DNA of 64,000 bases. It comes from Clostridiales bacterium. Its GTDB lineage: Bacteria > Bacillota > Clostridia > Christensenellales > QALW01. The notes beneath the pieces are model-generated. The model was not told the DNA's origin, ran no database searches, and saw nothing but the letters and a program-made list of their open reading frames with translations. The stretch lies in assembly GCA_015069575.1 (NCBI GenBank), contig SVIH01000004.1, positions 54,859 to 118,858 of the forward strand, given 5' to 3'. Positions 38,434 to 48,877 of the stretch are shown one piece after another; position 1 is the first letter of the stretch, and every line of letters starts with the position of its first letter. A program made the translations under genes and the position numbers.

Positions 38434-38709
38434 TAACCAAACCATTATAGCTTAAATCAGTTGTAAAATGTAAAATTTACGTTTTTACTATGTCAAAGCC
38501 CTTGATAATATTTCCTATATTGTCTGCGGGCTTTTCCTTGTTAAAACAAAAATTGTATCATTTTTCAATCTGCGACCTTAAACTGCTCAATTTTGGTGAG
38601 ATTTGGGTGCGGAGGACGCGTTAAGGCAGGTCGCCTTAAAAGGACGACAAACCGAAATATGCCTAAATTCAGCGGTTTAAGGCTGGTTCAAGCTATAATG
38701 GTTTGGTTA
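38434..38709. repeat. 276-bp noncoding element bounded by 20-bp perfect terminal inverted repeats (MITE-like)
   Basis: TAACCAAACCATTATAGCTT (38434-38453) is the exact reverse complement of 38690-38709. Extending 5-10 bp inward the match is imperfect (8/10). The right repeat encodes the last codons and stop of the EamA gene. Confidence 0.85.
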
Positions 38710-39562
38710 TTACCACTATGCTTGCGCTTATAACAAGAATGGAACCGATTATTACAGGAATGCTCATTGGCTCCAGAAAAATTATTGCCCCTACAACAAC
38801 ACTTGTTGCAGGCTCAATAGCGCTTAAAATACTTGCTTTTTCGCTACCAATAATAAATGCACCCTGCTGAAACAAAACCACTGCCCCTGTTGTAACAAGG
38901 TTGGCAAACACCAGGCACAAGATCCACCCGTTTAAAGACGAGGGCAACATAATTGTATTTGTGAAAACGCCAATTATAAGTGTAAAAACACTGCTTGCCA
39001 GTGCAATATAAAAACTAAATTTTAACCCTGCACCCATCTTTTGTTTAAAAAAGGAAAGCGACAAAACATATGATGCAAAAAGCACACCCGAGCCTAATGC
39101 AAAAAGGCTTCCCTTTAAAGAAGGCGTTTGCCCCGGCGTATAAAAACAACATATTCCGCTTATGCATAAAATTACACCTAAAATATTGCCTAATTTGGCT
39201 TTTTTTCTAAAAATCAGCAGTTCGCAAAGCACGACTACCGCCGGATAAATAAAATGAAAAACTGTTGCGGTGCCGGAAGCGAGATACTGATATGAACTAA
39301 ATAGTAAAATTGGCGTTATGGTACAACCAAGAAACGAAATAATGCTTATTGGCGGTATTACATCTTTTGGTATGTTTAGATTTTTGTCTTTAATAATAGC
39401 AAAAACTGCTAAAAAGGGCAATGCTAAAAAATTGCGCAAGAAAACAAGTGTAAGGGGATTTACACCATCAAGATAAATATATTTTGCCATTAAAGGCATA
39501 CAACCATATATAATTGCGCTTATAATAACAAAAACATATCCTTTTGCTTGTTTTTCTTTCAT
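38693..39562 (-). CDS. EamA/DMT-superfamily transporter
   Basis: 289 aa, 10 predicted TM helices in two EamA-like halves. Confidence 0.85.
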   Translation of the reverse strand: MKEKQAKGYVFVIISAIIYGCMPLMAKYIYLDGVNPLTLVFLRNFLALPFLAVFAIIKDKNLNIPKDVIPPISIISFLGCTITPILLFSSYQYLASGTATVFHFIYPAVVVLCELLIFRKKAKLGNILGVILCISGICCFYTPGQTPSLKGSLFALGSGVLFASYVLSLSFFKQKMGAGLKFSFYIALASSVFTLIIGVFTNTIMLPSSLNGWILCLVFANLVTTGAVVLFQQGAFIIGSEKASILSAIEPATSVVVGAIIFLEPMSIPVIIGSILVISASIVVITKPL

Positions 39563-39574
39563 AAAGTTACCCTG

Positions 39575-40747
39575 TTAAATTCTTGCCACTCCTGTTTTTT
39601 CTGCTGCCTCTTTTACTGCTTTTGCAACGCTTAAAGCAACGCCTTTATCTAAAACGCTTGGCATTATATTTTCTGTTGAAAGTTGATTTGGGGGAATATA
39701 TTCCGCAATGGCTTTTGCTGCTGCCATTTTCATTTGTTCGTTAATTTCTGTTGCTTTTGCTGTAAGCGCGCCCTTGAATATTCCTGGGAACGCAAGCACA
39801 TTGTTTATCTGATTTGCAAAATCACTTCTGCCTGTGCCAACAATATATGCTCCTGCTTCCTTTGCAATATCCGGCATTATTTCAGGCACAGGATTTGCCA
39901 TTGGGAAAACAATGGGCTTTTCATTCATTGATTGTATCATTTTGCTGTCAACCACGTTGGGCGCGGAAACACCAATAAACACATCTGCATTTTTCATTGC
40001 ATCGGCTAAAGTGCCTTTGATGTTGTTTATATTTGTGATTTGTGCCATTTCTTTTTGTGCATCGTTCATTTGGCTGTTTCCCCTGTAAAGAATTCCGAAC
40101 TTATCGCACATAACAATATCTTTTACCCCAACATTAAGCACCATTTTAGCAATTGCAATACCGGCGCTTCCTGCACCGTTAATTACAATTTTCATATCTT
40201 TCAGTTGTTTGTTTGCAACTTTTGCACTGTTTATAAGCGCCGCAACAAGTACTATTGCCGTACCGTGCTGATCATCGTGGAATACAGGAATATCGCAAAC
40301 TTCTTTAAGTTTTCTTTCAATTTCAAAACATCTGGGCGCAGAAATATCCTCTAAATTTATTCCGCCAAAGGAACCTGAAATCAACTGAATAGTTCTTACT
40401 ATTTCATCTGTATCTTTGCTTTTTATACATATGGGAAATGCATCTACATCAGCAAACGCCTTAAAAAGCGCGCATTTGCCTTCCATAACAGGCATACCTG
40501 CTTCGGCACCAATATCGCCTAAACCCAAAACAGCAGTGCCATCAGTAACTACTGCAACAAGATTTTTACGGCGTGTAAGTTCAAATGATTTTTTTACATC
40601 CTTTTGTATTTCCTTGCAAGGCTGGGCAACACCCGGAGTATAGCAAAGGGAAAGATCTTCACGGGTATTAACTTCCACCCTTGAAACAACTTCGATTTTG
40701 CCTTGCCATTCATAATGCTTTTTTAACGATTCCTTTGAGTAATCCAT
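39575..40747 (-). CDS. NAD(P)-dependent malic enzyme (short form)
   Basis: 390 aa; [28 protein letters not shown] dinucleotide motif. Confidence 0.9.
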   Translation of the reverse strand: MDYSKESLKKHYEWQGKIEVVSRVEVNTREDLSLCYTPGVAQPCKEIQKDVKKSFELTRRKNLVAVVTDGTAVLGLGDIGAEAGMPVMEGKCALFKAFADVDAFPICIKSKDTDEIVRTIQLISGSFGGINLEDISAPRCFEIERKLKEVCDIPVFHDDQHGTAIVLVAALINSAKVANKQLKDMKIVINGAGSAGIAIAKMVLNVGVKDIVMCDKFGILYRGNSQMNDAQKEMAQITNINNIKGTLADAMKNADVFIGVSAPNVVDSKMIQSMNEKPIVFPMANPVPEIMPDIAKEAGAYIVGTGRSDFANQINNVLAFPGIFKGALTAKATEINEQMKMAAAKAIAEYIPPNQLSTENIMPSVLDKGVALSVAKAVKEAAEKTGVARI

Positions 40748-40807
40748 TTATTTTCTCCTTACTATATATGAATGTATTGTACCACTTAAATAAATTTGTT
40801 GCAACAA

Positions 40808-40836
40808 AAAAGAAGATGCTTTTTAGCATCTTCTTT
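40808..40836 (-). terminator. Intrinsic terminator of the alpha operon
   Basis: AAGAAGATGCT-TTTT-AGCATCTTCTT followed by TTTTTTG on the minus strand. Confidence 0.7.
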
Positions 40837-40847
40837 AAGTTATTATA

Positions 40848-41363
40848 TTAGTCAACAAGTTCTAAGATAACCTTTTCTGCAGCATCGCCACGGCGAGGTC
40901 CCATCTTAATAATTCTTGTATAGCCGCCGCCCTGACCTTTTTCTTCAGCACGCTTTGCGTACTTGGGAGCAAGCTCATCAAAAATCTTTGTGATAACAGG
41001 ATGTTTGTTACCTTCAACACGAACCTTGTAAACTGCCTTCTTTTCGCCTGCTTCGCGTGCAATTTCTCTTTCATAGAGATATGCCATCATCTTGCGGCGA
41101 GCATTAAGGCGGTCAGGACCGTCGTTCTTAACTTCGGTATCAACCTTCTGTCCTTTATCATTAAGCTTTGACTTTGTAACTGTTATAACATCCTCATAGG
41201 TTTTAATGCCCATGGTGATAATCTTTTCAGCCTTCTTGCGAACTTCTTTAGCGCGTGCTTCAGTAGTTTCAATACGGCCATACCATAAGAGATCGGTAGT
41301 AAGACCGCGAACCACAGCAACACGCTGATCGGTAGGTCTGTTAAGCTTTCTGTTACCGGCCAT
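40848..41363 (-). CDS. rplQ: 50S ribosomal protein L17 (long form, 171 aa)
   Basis: bL17 N- and C-terminal blocks (RIETT..RAKE; GGYTRI.K.GPRRGD) with two internal expansions relative to ~120-aa forms. Confidence 0.93.
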   Translation of the reverse strand: MAGNRKLNRPTDQRVAVVRGLTTDLLWYGRIETTEARAKEVRKKAEKIITMGIKTYEDVITVTKSKLNDKGQKVDTEVKNDGPDRLNARRKMMAYLYEREIAREAGEKKAVYKVRVEGNKHPVITKIFDELAPKYAKRAEEKGQGGGYTRIIKMGPRRGDAAEKVILELVD

Positions 41364-41379
41364 TTTATTATCCTCCTAA

Positions 41380-42330
41380 TTAATCTTCGTTGTTCTTGAG
41401 TTTAAGTCCAAGACCGGCAAGCTTTGCGCGAACCTCATCCATAGACTTTTTACCAAGATTACGAACTCGCATTAAATCAGCTTCATCAAGCTGAGCAAGT
41501 TCCTGAACGGAGTTGATTCCTGCACGCTTTAAACAGTTATAAGAACGTACTGAAAGATCAAGCTCGTCAATAGTCATATCAAGTGCTTTTGATTGGGGTT
41601 GTGCCCCTTCCTTGTCTTCTGCAAGCTGAATTCCGCCAACAGTTTCTGCAAGGTTTACGAAAAGCGCAAGATAATCATTCATAACTTTTGCGGCTATAGA
41701 AATAGCCTCATCAGGTCTAATAGAACCATCTGTCCACACATCAAGTATAAGTTTATCAAAGTTATCATCTCTACCAACGCGGGCACTTTGAACAAGATAA
41801 CTTGCTTTTAAAATAGGTGTGTAGATAGAATCAACAGCGATAACATCAATAGGCATATCGTCTGATTTATTCTTATCAGCGGGAACATATCCCATACCTT
41901 TATCAATAACGATCTCCATATTAAGAACGCCGCCTTCATCAATGGTAGCAATGTGAAGGTCTTTATTGATTATTTCAAGTGTGCTATCGCCTTTGATATC
42001 TCCTGCCGTAACAACGCATGGCCCAACTGCATTAATAGTTGCAGTAATAGGTGTATCGCTGTCAAGCTTCATAGCAATGTTCTTGATGTTAAGAATAATG
42101 TTTGTTACATCTTCTTTTACACCGGGAACTGTTGTGAATTCGTGCAGAACACCTTCGATACGAATCTGTGTTGCCGCTGCACCTGGCAGGGAGGATAACA
42201 AAATTCTACGGAGAGAATTGCCCAAAGTATCGCCAAAGCCACGACGAAGGGGTTCTACAACAAATTGTGCGTATTTTCCATCTTCGCTGACCTGCTTACA
42301 CTCAATAACCGGCTTTATAATTTCTATCAT
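41380..42330 (-). CDS. rpoA: DNA-directed RNA polymerase subunit alpha
   Basis: 316 aa; NTD (GNSLRRILLSS) and CTD (LSVRSYNCLKRAGI). Confidence 0.97.
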   Translation of the reverse strand: MIEIIKPVIECKQVSEDGKYAQFVVEPLRRGFGDTLGNSLRRILLSSLPGAAATQIRIEGVLHEFTTVPGVKEDVTNIILNIKNIAMKLDSDTPITATINAVGPCVVTAGDIKGDSTLEIINKDLHIATIDEGGVLNMEIVIDKGMGYVPADKNKSDDMPIDVIAVDSIYTPILKASYLVQSARVGRDDNFDKLILDVWTDGSIRPDEAISIAAKVMNDYLALFVNLAETVGGIQLAEDKEGAQPQSKALDMTIDELDLSVRSYNCLKRAGINSVQELAQLDEADLMRVRNLGKKSMDEVRAKLAGLGLKLKNNED

Positions 42331-42360
42331 AATATTTAACCCTCCTACTAATACGCCATA

Positions 42361-42984
42361 TTACCTGGAGTACAACTCAACAATAAGGTGTTCTTCGATG
42401 CTAAGATCAATATCTTCTCTCTTAGGAAGTTCTACTACCTTACCACAAAGTTCTTGGCTGTTAAGCTCAAGCCAAGCAGGAATTGTCTTGCTTGTACCTT
42501 CGCGCATTGCCTTAAACTTTTCAATGCTTGTTGAGTTTTCAGCAATAGCAACAACATCTCCTGCTTTTACGATAAAAGAAGGAATGTTAACTTTTTTGCC
42601 ATTAACTGTAATGTGACCGTGGTTAACGATCTGTCTTGCCTGTGCACGTGAATCACCGAAACCAAGACGGTAAACAACGTTATCAAGACGGCGCTCAAGC
42701 AGTTGAAGCATATTTTCGCCTGCTGCACCTTTCATATTTGTAGCCTTTGTGAAGTAGCTGTGGAACTGCTTTTCAAGTAAGCCATAAGTTCTTCTTGCCT
42801 TCTGTTTTTCACGAAGCTGAAGACCGTACTCACTGGTCTTTCTACGGCTCTTTGCGTGCTGACCGGGAACTGTTCCTCTTTTAACTACAGGACACTTTGC
42901 ACTATAGCAACGGTCGCCCTTCAAAAAAAGCTTCTGATTTTCGCGGCGGCACAAACGGCAAACCGCTTCAGTATATCTTGCCAT
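42361..42984 (-). CDS. rpsD: 30S ribosomal protein S4
   Basis: 207 aa; MARYT..CRLCRRE zinc-type N-terminus and S4 RNA-binding domain; located inside the alpha operon. Confidence 0.96.
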   Translation of the reverse strand: MARYTEAVCRLCRRENQKLFLKGDRCYSAKCPVVKRGTVPGQHAKSRRKTSEYGLQLREKQKARRTYGLLEKQFHSYFTKATNMKGAAGENMLQLLERRLDNVVYRLGFGDSRAQARQIVNHGHITVNGKKVNIPSFIVKAGDVVAIAENSTSIEKFKAMREGTSKTIPAWLELNSQELCGKVVELPKREDIDLSIEEHLIVELYSR

Positions 42985-43001
42985 AATTTTTGTCCTCCTA
43001 A

Positions 43002-43397
43002 TTAAACTCTTCTGCGCTTAGGCGGTCTGCATCCGTTGTGAGGAATGGGGGTAACATCTTTAATCATGCTAACCTCAAGACCTGCTGCCTGAAGTGCTCT
43101 AATTGCTGCTTCGCGTCCGCTGCCGGGGCCTTTAACATAAACCTCAACAGTGCGAAGACCGTGTTCCATAGCTGCTTTAGCTGCTGTTTCAGCAGCTGTC
43201 TGTGCAGCAAAGGGTGTGCTCTTTTTGGAGCCACGGAAACCAAGTCCGCCTGCACTTGACCAGCTGATTGCGTTACCGTTAACATCTGTTATGGTAACGA
43301 TTGTATTATTAAATGATGAGCAGATATGTGCTGCACCGCGTTCGATATGTTTCTTTTCGATGCGGCGGCGTCCGCCCTTTTTAACAGCTTTTGCCAT
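43002..43397 (-). CDS. rpsK: 30S ribosomal protein S11
   Basis: 131 aa; uS11 sequence ([17 protein letters not shown]-terminus). Confidence 0.97.
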   Translation of the reverse strand: MAKAVKKGGRRRIEKKHIERGAAHICSSFNNTIVTITDVNGNAISWSSAGGLGFRGSKKSTPFAAQTAAETAAKAAMEHGLRTVEVYVKGPGSGREAAIRALQAAGLEVSMIKDVTPIPHNGCRPPKRRRV

Positions 43398-43416
43398 AAA
43401 ATTCGTCCTCCTATCC

Positions 43417-43788
43417 TTACTTCTTCTTCTTAGCGCTTACAGCTCTCTTAGGACCCTTACGGGTTCTTGCATTCTGCTTTGTGTGCTGTCCGCGAACAGG
43501 AAGGCCCTTACGATGTCTAACACCGCGATAGCAGCCGATTTCAACAAGACGTTTGATGTTAAGGGCAACTTCTCTACGAAGATCACCTTCAACCTGTACG
43601 TTTTTGTCAATATAGTCTCTTATTAAGTTAACCTCAGCCTCAGTAAGATCTCTTACGCGGGTATCGGGGTTAACGCCGGTTTTATCAAGAATTTCTGTAG
43701 CGATAGCGGGGCCAATACCATAGATTGACTGTAATGCCGCTTCAACTCGCTTATCCTTTGGTATGTCTATACCAGCGATACGTGCCAT
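43417..43788 (-). CDS. rpsM: 30S ribosomal protein S13
   Basis: [10 protein letters not shown] start at ATG 43788 after GGAGGTG; 123 aa. Confidence 0.96.
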   Translation of the reverse strand: MARIAGIDIPKDKRVEAALQSIYGIGPAIATEILDKTGVNPDTRVRDLTEAEVNLIRDYIDKNVQVEGDLRREVALNIKRLVEIGCYRGVRHRKGLPVRGQHTKQNARTRKGPKRAVSAKKKK

Positions 43789-43968
43789 TAAGTACACCTC
43801 CAAAATTGGTTTAAAAATAGTTTAATATTTTTATATAAAAGCCATCAGGTAAACGAAAATTTATTCCGTCAGCCGCACCTGATTATAAGGCCTTGTTTTT
43901 AATTTTGCGCAAATAATGCGCATAGATACATTCGGCTTATAAACAGCCGTAAAACAGGGTTAATAAAA

Positions 43969-44085
43969 TCAGCCCTGTCTTTGCTTATGGCTCTTATCAG
44001 CGGTACAGATAACCATTACTTTACCGTGACGCTTGATGAGCTTACATTTATCACACATAGGTTTAACGCTAGGTCTTACTTTCAT
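43969..44085 (-). CDS. rpmJ: 50S ribosomal protein L36 (zinc-binding form)
   Basis: 38 aa, [38 protein letters not shown]; not in the ORF track (too short); GAGGAGG RBS. Confidence 0.93.
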   Translation of the reverse strand: MKVRPSVKPMCDKCKLIKRHGKVMVICTADKSHKQRQG

Positions 44086-44098
44086 TACAATAACCTCC

Positions 44099-44320
44099 TC
44101 AGTTTTTGCTGCGCCATATGATGCGACCTTTGGTCAGATCATATGTGGAAATCTCTACTGTTACCTTATCACCAGGTAACACCTGAATATTGTTCATCCT
44201 AAGCTTACCGGCAATGTGTGCAAGAATCTTGTGTCCGTTTTCAAGTTCAACTTCAAAAACAGCGTTCTTTTTGGATTCTGTAACAACGCCTTCAACTTCA
44301 ATGACATCTTCCTTAGACAT
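44099..44320 (-). CDS. infA: Translation initiation factor IF-1
   Basis: 73 aa from ATG 44320; S1-like fold sequence ([12 protein letters not shown]...L.N..F.V.LENGH). Confidence 0.96.
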   Translation of the reverse strand: MSKEDVIEVEGVVTESKKNAVFEVELENGHKILAHIAGKLRMNNIQVLPGDKVTVEISTYDLTKGRIIWRSKN

Positions 44321-44340
44321 GGATTCACTCCTCGCCATTT

Positions 44341-44595
44341 TTAGCGTTTAATTTTTATTGCACCGTAAACCTGTTTATTGGTTACGGTTTCTTTATTTTG
44401 AAGTTTTGCGCTGATTTCTTCATCGCCCTGCCCTAAAACAACAAGATGTTTTATCTTTTTCTTTTTGGGCTTTTCGATTTTACGGCTTTTACCGTCAGCA
44501 ATCAGAACAAAATTTTCATCAATTATTTCTACTACTAAAAAACATTTGTTGGCATCTCTGCCTCTGGTGGAACAGACATAAGCACCTAACTTCAT
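44341..44595 (-). CDS. KOW-domain RNA-binding protein (conserved map-infA spacer gene)
   Basis: 84 aa; G..V.S..GRD......VV pattern; conserved position between map and infA. Confidence 0.75.
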   Translation of the reverse strand: MKLGAYVCSTRGRDANKCFLVVEIIDENFVLIADGKSRKIEKPKKKKIKHLVVLGQGDEEISAKLQNKETVTNKQVYGAIKIKR

Positions 44596-44606
44596 CTGTT
44601 GCCTCC

Positions 44607-45368
44607 TTAAATATTTACGTCAGAATCGGTTAAAATAACAGGCTTGCCGTCAATAACAGCAACGGTGTTTTCCCAATGAGCGCTTGGCTTGCCGTCCAAC
44701 GTTACCGTTGTCCAACCGTCCTTAAGCACCTTAACCTTACCTGTACCTAAATTTATCATAGGTTCTATTGCAAGGGTCATTCCATTTACAATCCTTGTGC
44801 CATGACCGGCAGGACCATAATTTGGAATTTCAGGGGATTCATGCAATTCCCTGCCAACGCCGTGGCCTGTAAATTCTTTTACAATACCGTATCCAAACTG
44901 ATTTATATACTTTTCAACCCCGTTAGAAATATCAGAAACCCTGCATCCTTCACGGGCAAAGCTCATTCCCTCATAAAAGGATTGTTTAGTCCTTTCAACA
45001 AGTTGCTTTCTTTCTTCTAAAACACTACCAACCATAAAGGTTCGCGCCATATCCGTATGAAAACCGTTAAGATAAACTCCACCATCCACACTTACAAGAT
45101 CACCATCTTTAATAATCTTGTTCTTTTTGGGAATTCCGTGGATAACTTCCTCATTAACAGAAATACATAAGGTATTGGGAAAACCGTACATTCCTAAAAA
45201 CGACGGTTTTGCGCCATTACTTATTATATACTTATATGCTAATTTGTCAAGTTCTAACGTGCTCATCCCTGGTTTTATGCTGTTTTCAAGCATCTTCATA
45301 CAGTTTGCAAGAAGTCTTCCGCCTTCTGCCATTAGGGAAATTGCGCTTTTATTTTTAATAAAAAGCAT
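44607..45368 (-). CDS. map: Type I methionine aminopeptidase
   Basis: 253 aa; metal ligands in the D..D..H..E..E pita-bread pattern (VDGGVYLNGFHTDMARTF; GHGVGRELHE). Confidence 0.96.
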   Translation of the reverse strand: MLFIKNKSAISLMAEGGRLLANCMKMLENSIKPGMSTLELDKLAYKYIISNGAKPSFLGMYGFPNTLCISVNEEVIHGIPKKNKIIKDGDLVSVDGGVYLNGFHTDMARTFMVGSVLEERKQLVERTKQSFYEGMSFAREGCRVSDISNGVEKYINQFGYGIVKEFTGHGVGRELHESPEIPNYGPAGHGTRIVNGMTLAIEPMINLGTGKVKVLKDGWTTVTLDGKPSAHWENTVAVIDGKPVILTDSDVNI

Positions 45369-45985
45369 TAGATTGCCTCCAGCACCTTAACGATACTTTC
45401 AAAAACCTTATCGGCGGGTTGGTTACCGTCAACAGATTTTACGCTTTTACCGTAGTACTCAATTAAAGGCTTTGTTTGAGCGTTATAAACGTCAATTCTT
45501 GACTTAACAGTTGCTTCGTTATCATCTGCGCGCTGAACAAGTTTTTCGTTGCAAGCGGGGCAAAGATCAGAAGTAAGTGTGCTGATATGATATGTGCCTG
45601 CACACTTGGGGCAGATACGTCTGCCTGTTATTCTGTTAAGCAGCAAATCAGTGTTAACATCAATATTCAGAACACAGTCAAGACTTGTAAGAGCTTTAAG
45701 TCCGTCAGCTTGAGCTATTGTACGTGGGAAGCCGTCAAGAAGGAAACCGTTTTTGCAGTCATCTCTTTCAAGACGATCCTTAACCATTGCAAGTGTTACC
45801 TCATCGGGAACAAGCTTGCCGGCATCAATATATGTTTTTGCCAATTTGCCGAGTTCAGTATTGTTACCCATATTTTCACGGAACATATCACCTGTAGAAA
45901 TATGAGGAATACCGTATTTTTTACAAATTTGGGCTGCCTGGGTGCCTTTACCGGCACCCGGAGCTCCTAATAAAATCATTTTCAT
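45368..45985 (-). CDS. adk: Adenylate kinase (zinc-lid form)
   Basis: P-loop GAPGAGKGT; lid CPKC...CPAC. Confidence 0.97.
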   Translation of the reverse strand: MKMILLGAPGAGKGTQAAQICKKYGIPHISTGDMFRENMGNNTELGKLAKTYIDAGKLVPDEVTLAMVKDRLERDDCKNGFLLDGFPRTIAQADGLKALTSLDCVLNIDVNTDLLLNRITGRRICPKCAGTYHISTLTSDLCPACNEKLVQRADDNEATVKSRIDVYNAQTKPLIEYYGKSVKSVDGNQPADKVFESIVKVLEAI

Positions 45986-46000
45986 ACCTATACCCCTTTA

Positions 46001-47320
46001 TTAATCAAGGAAGCCCTTGTAGTGACGCATAACCATCTGGCTTTCAAGTTGCTTTGTAATTTCAATTGCAACGCTTACGATAATAAGTAAGCCTGTTGAA
46101 GAGAAAGTAAGTGCAAGGCTTAAAACTGTGTTTGCATCGAAATTGGGGATAGTTGAAAGTATTGCGCTTGCAAGCATAGGAATGCTTGAAATCACGCCAA
46201 GGTACAAACCGCTGAAAAGAACAAGGCGTTTTGATACCTTATTAAGATAATCTGTTGTGGGTTTACCGGGTCTGATACCCTGAATAAATCCACCGTATTT
46301 TTGAAGGTTTTTGCTTGTTTCAGCTGCATTAAAGGTAATTGCAGAATAGAAATATGCAAAACCAATTGTTAACAAGAAGCTAACAACAAGGTAACCCCAG
46401 GTTCCTTGACCAAGCCACTTTGTATAGAATGTTTCAAACTTGCTTCCTGCCCAGAACATACCGGTAAGAATACTTGGGAACATTAAAAGTGACATTGAGA
46501 AAATCAAGGGAAGAACACCGCAGGAGTTAGGCTTAATGGGCATATAAGTGCTCTGTCCGCCATAAACCTTTCTGCCTGAAACACGCTTGGCGTACTGAAT
46601 GTTAATTCTGCGTTCACCAAGTTCAACAAAAACAACTGCTATAATTAAAGCAACAATTGCAACAAGCACAATGGGAAGTATCCACCAAAGTGCATTATTG
46701 CCTGTTTGTGAATTAGCTGCTGCGGTTTGAACATAGTTCTGTGCAGTTACAGGGAAACGGGCAATAATACCAACAAAAATAAGCATTGAAATACCATTTC
46801 CTAAGCCCTTTTCGCTGATGCGGTCGCCGATCCAAAGTGCAACTGCAGTACCTGCAGTAAGTGAAAGGCCAACAATAATATATGCAAGCCATTCGTTGAT
46901 GCCGCTAACGAACATATCGTTAGTCTGGCTGAATGCATAGCAAATACCTACAGCCTGAAGGAAAGCAAGGCCAAAAGATGTGTATCTTACGATTTTGTTA
47001 ATCTTTTCCCTGCCGTCTTCCTCGCGACCTAATCTTTCAAGGGCGGGGATAACAACCTGAAGAAGCTGAATGATAATTGATGCGTTGATGTAGGGCGAAA
47101 TGCCCATTGCCATAAAGTGATAACCCTGAAGAGAACCACCTGTGATAATGTTCATAAGACCCCAGATGCTGTCATTGGCAGCATCTATTTGTAAAGAGGG
47201 GTTAATGCCGGGGGTTGGTATAAAGCAACAAAGTCTATACACAAGAAGCATTAATAATGTGTACAGTATCTTTTTACGAAGTTCAGGAAGCTTCCAAGCA
47301 TTCTTGAATACTGAAAACAT
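46001..47320 (-). CDS. secY: Preprotein translocase subunit SecY
   Basis: 439 aa, 10 TM; conserved position after rplO. Confidence 0.97.
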   Translation of the reverse strand: MFSVFKNAWKLPELRKKILYTLLMLLVYRLCCFIPTPGINPSLQIDAANDSIWGLMNIITGGSLQGYHFMAMGISPYINASIIIQLLQVVIPALERLGREEDGREKINKIVRYTSFGLAFLQAVGICYAFSQTNDMFVSGINEWLAYIIVGLSLTAGTAVALWIGDRISEKGLGNGISMLIFVGIIARFPVTAQNYVQTAAANSQTGNNALWWILPIVLVAIVALIIAVVFVELGERRINIQYAKRVSGRKVYGGQSTYMPIKPNSCGVLPLIFSMSLLMFPSILTGMFWAGSKFETFYTKWLGQGTWGYLVVSFLLTIGFAYFYSAITFNAAETSKNLQKYGGFIQGIRPGKPTTDYLNKVSKRLVLFSGLYLGVISSIPMLASAILSTIPNFDANTVLSLALTFSSTGLLIIVSVAIEITKQLESQMVMRHYKGFLD

Positions 47321-47764
47321 TTATACCACCTCAGCCTTTCCGCCGAGCGCCTCAATCTTCTGCTGAGCCGTACGGGTAAAGGCTGCAACCTGAACAGTAA
47401 GTCGCTTTGTAAGTTCACCGTTTCCAAGGACCTTAACGCCATCTTTTTCAATCTTTGAAATTAAGCCTTTTTCCTTAAGAAGTTCAGCAGTAATTACTGT
47501 ATCTTCTTCAAAGATATCAAGCTTTGAAACATTAATTTCTGTGTAAATTTTGCTAAAGGGGTTAAAGAAACCGCGCTTTGGCAATCTACGGGTAAGGGGC
47601 ATCTGACCGCCTTCAAAACCGGGGCGTACGCCACCGCCGGAACGGGCATTCTGACCCTTGTGACCTTTACCGGAAGTTTTGCCTAAGCCACTGCCTGGGC
47701 CGCGACCCTTACGGCGACCGGTCTGTACAGCACCCTCTGCGGGCATTAAATCTACTAATTTCAT
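47321..47764 (-). CDS. rplO: 50S ribosomal protein L15
   Basis: 147 aa; G/R/K-rich N-terminus typical of uL15. Confidence 0.97.
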   Translation of the reverse strand: MKLVDLMPAEGAVQTGRRKGRGPGSGLGKTSGKGHKGQNARSGGGVRPGFEGGQMPLTRRLPKRGFFNPFSKIYTEINVSKLDIFEEDTVITAELLKEKGLISKIEKDGVKVLGNGELTKRLTVQVAAFTRTAQQKIEALGGKAEVV

Positions 47765-47779
47765 TATCTGTACCTCCGA

Positions 47780-47956
47780 TTAGTCAATTTCTTCAACTGT
47801 TACAAGGTGTTTTACCTTAAAGATCATACCGCGGATAGCAGCATTATCTGCCTGTGTAACTGATGAATGTAATTTTTTAAGGCCAAGAGCCTTTACAGTA
47901 GCAATCTGGTCTTTTTTGCAACCGATTGTACTTTTTGTTAATGTAATTTTTAACAT
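47780..47956 (-). CDS. rpmD: 50S ribosomal protein L30
   Basis: 58 aa from ATG 47956 (AAGGAGG RBS); [12 protein letters not shown]. Confidence 0.95.
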   Translation of the reverse strand: MLKITLTKSTIGCKKDQIATVKALGLKKLHSSVTQADNAAIRGMIFKVKHLVTVEEID

Positions 47957-47969
47957 TGTTTCTTCCTCC

Positions 47970-48473
47970 TTAGCCCATGATCTCGTCAACTGACTTGCCG
48001 CGCATTTGAGCGATCTCTTCAGCTGTCTTTAAGGAAGCAAGGCCTTCGATGGTTGCTTTTACACAGTTAGCGGGGTTGTTTGAACCCTGGCTCTTTGTAA
48101 GAATATCACGAACACCAACCATTTCAAGTACGTCACGAACAGGACCACCGGCAATAACACCGGTACCTTCTGGTGCAGGCATAAGAAGAACTTTGCCGCG
48201 GCCAAATTTACCAACTACTGAATGAGGAATGGTTGTGCCATCAAGTGAAACCTTAATGAGATTCTTTTTAGCATCCTCTGTTGCCTTACGGATTGCTTCG
48301 GGAACTTCAACAGCCTTACCTTGACCAACGCCAACATGGCCGTTTCCGTCACCAACAACTACAAGTGCTGCAAGGCGCATGTTACGGCCACCTTTAACGG
48401 TTTTAGCAACACGGTTTACTGCAACTAACTTATCTTTTAAATCAAGTGTTTTGGGATCAATTCTCTTACTCAT
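47970..48473 (-). CDS. rpsE: 30S ribosomal protein S5
   Basis: 167 aa; uS5 dsRBD and C-terminal domain. Confidence 0.97.
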   Translation of the reverse strand: MSKRIDPKTLDLKDKLVAVNRVAKTVKGGRNMRLAALVVVGDGNGHVGVGQGKAVEVPEAIRKATEDAKKNLIKVSLDGTTIPHSVVGKFGRGKVLLMPAPEGTGVIAGGPVRDVLEMVGVRDILTKSQGSNNPANCVKATIEGLASLKTAEEIAQMRGKSVDEIMG

Positions 48474-48488
48474 CGCTTTTTACCTCCA

Positions 48489-48857
48489 TTAAAATTCCAG
48501 ACCGGCTTCACGGGCTGCTTCTGCAAGCGCCTGAACACGACCGGTGTAGAGGTAGCCGCCTCTGTCAAATACAACAACTTTGATACCTTTTGCCTGAGCG
48601 CGCTCAGCAATAAGTTTACCAACTGTTTTGGCAGCATCTGTCTTTGTCATTTCTTCAACAGCCTTTGCAACTTCTGCTTCTAAAGTAGAAGCAGCTGCAA
48701 GTGTTGTGCCGTTACTGTCGTCAATAACTTGAGCATAGATATGACTGTTGCTGCGATATACGTCTAATCTTGGACGATCTGATGTTCCGCTGATCTTCTT
48801 ACGAACACGAGCGTGTCTTGCAAGACGGTTAGCGTTTTTGTCGATTTTCTTTATCAT
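48489..48857 (-). CDS. rplR: 50S ribosomal protein L18
   Basis: 122 aa; uL18 sequence. Confidence 0.97.
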   Translation of the reverse strand: MIKKIDKNANRLARHARVRKKISGTSDRPRLDVYRSNSHIYAQVIDDSNGTTLAAASTLEAEVAKAVEEMTKTDAAKTVGKLIAERAQAKGIKVVVFDRGGYLYTGRVQALAEAAREAGLEF

Positions 48858-48877
48858 AATACTAATGCTCCTTTCAA

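Noticed and set aside
38490-38624. 44-codon plus-strand ORF (MSKPLIIFPILSAGFSLL...) inside the IR-bounded element, possible type I toxin
   Set aside because: No Shine-Dalgarno sequence, no convincing promoter, and the C-terminal half is not membrane-like. Cannot be supported from sequence alone.
41966-42616. 216-aa plus-strand ORF, and many other 60-170-aa ORFs antisense to fusA, rpoB, rpoC, rpoA, rny, the ABC-F gene and ribosomal protein genes
   Set aside because: All lie fully inside well-supported conserved genes on the opposite strand, lack RBSs and have low-complexity or Ser/Cys/Phe-rich translations typical of antisense frames.
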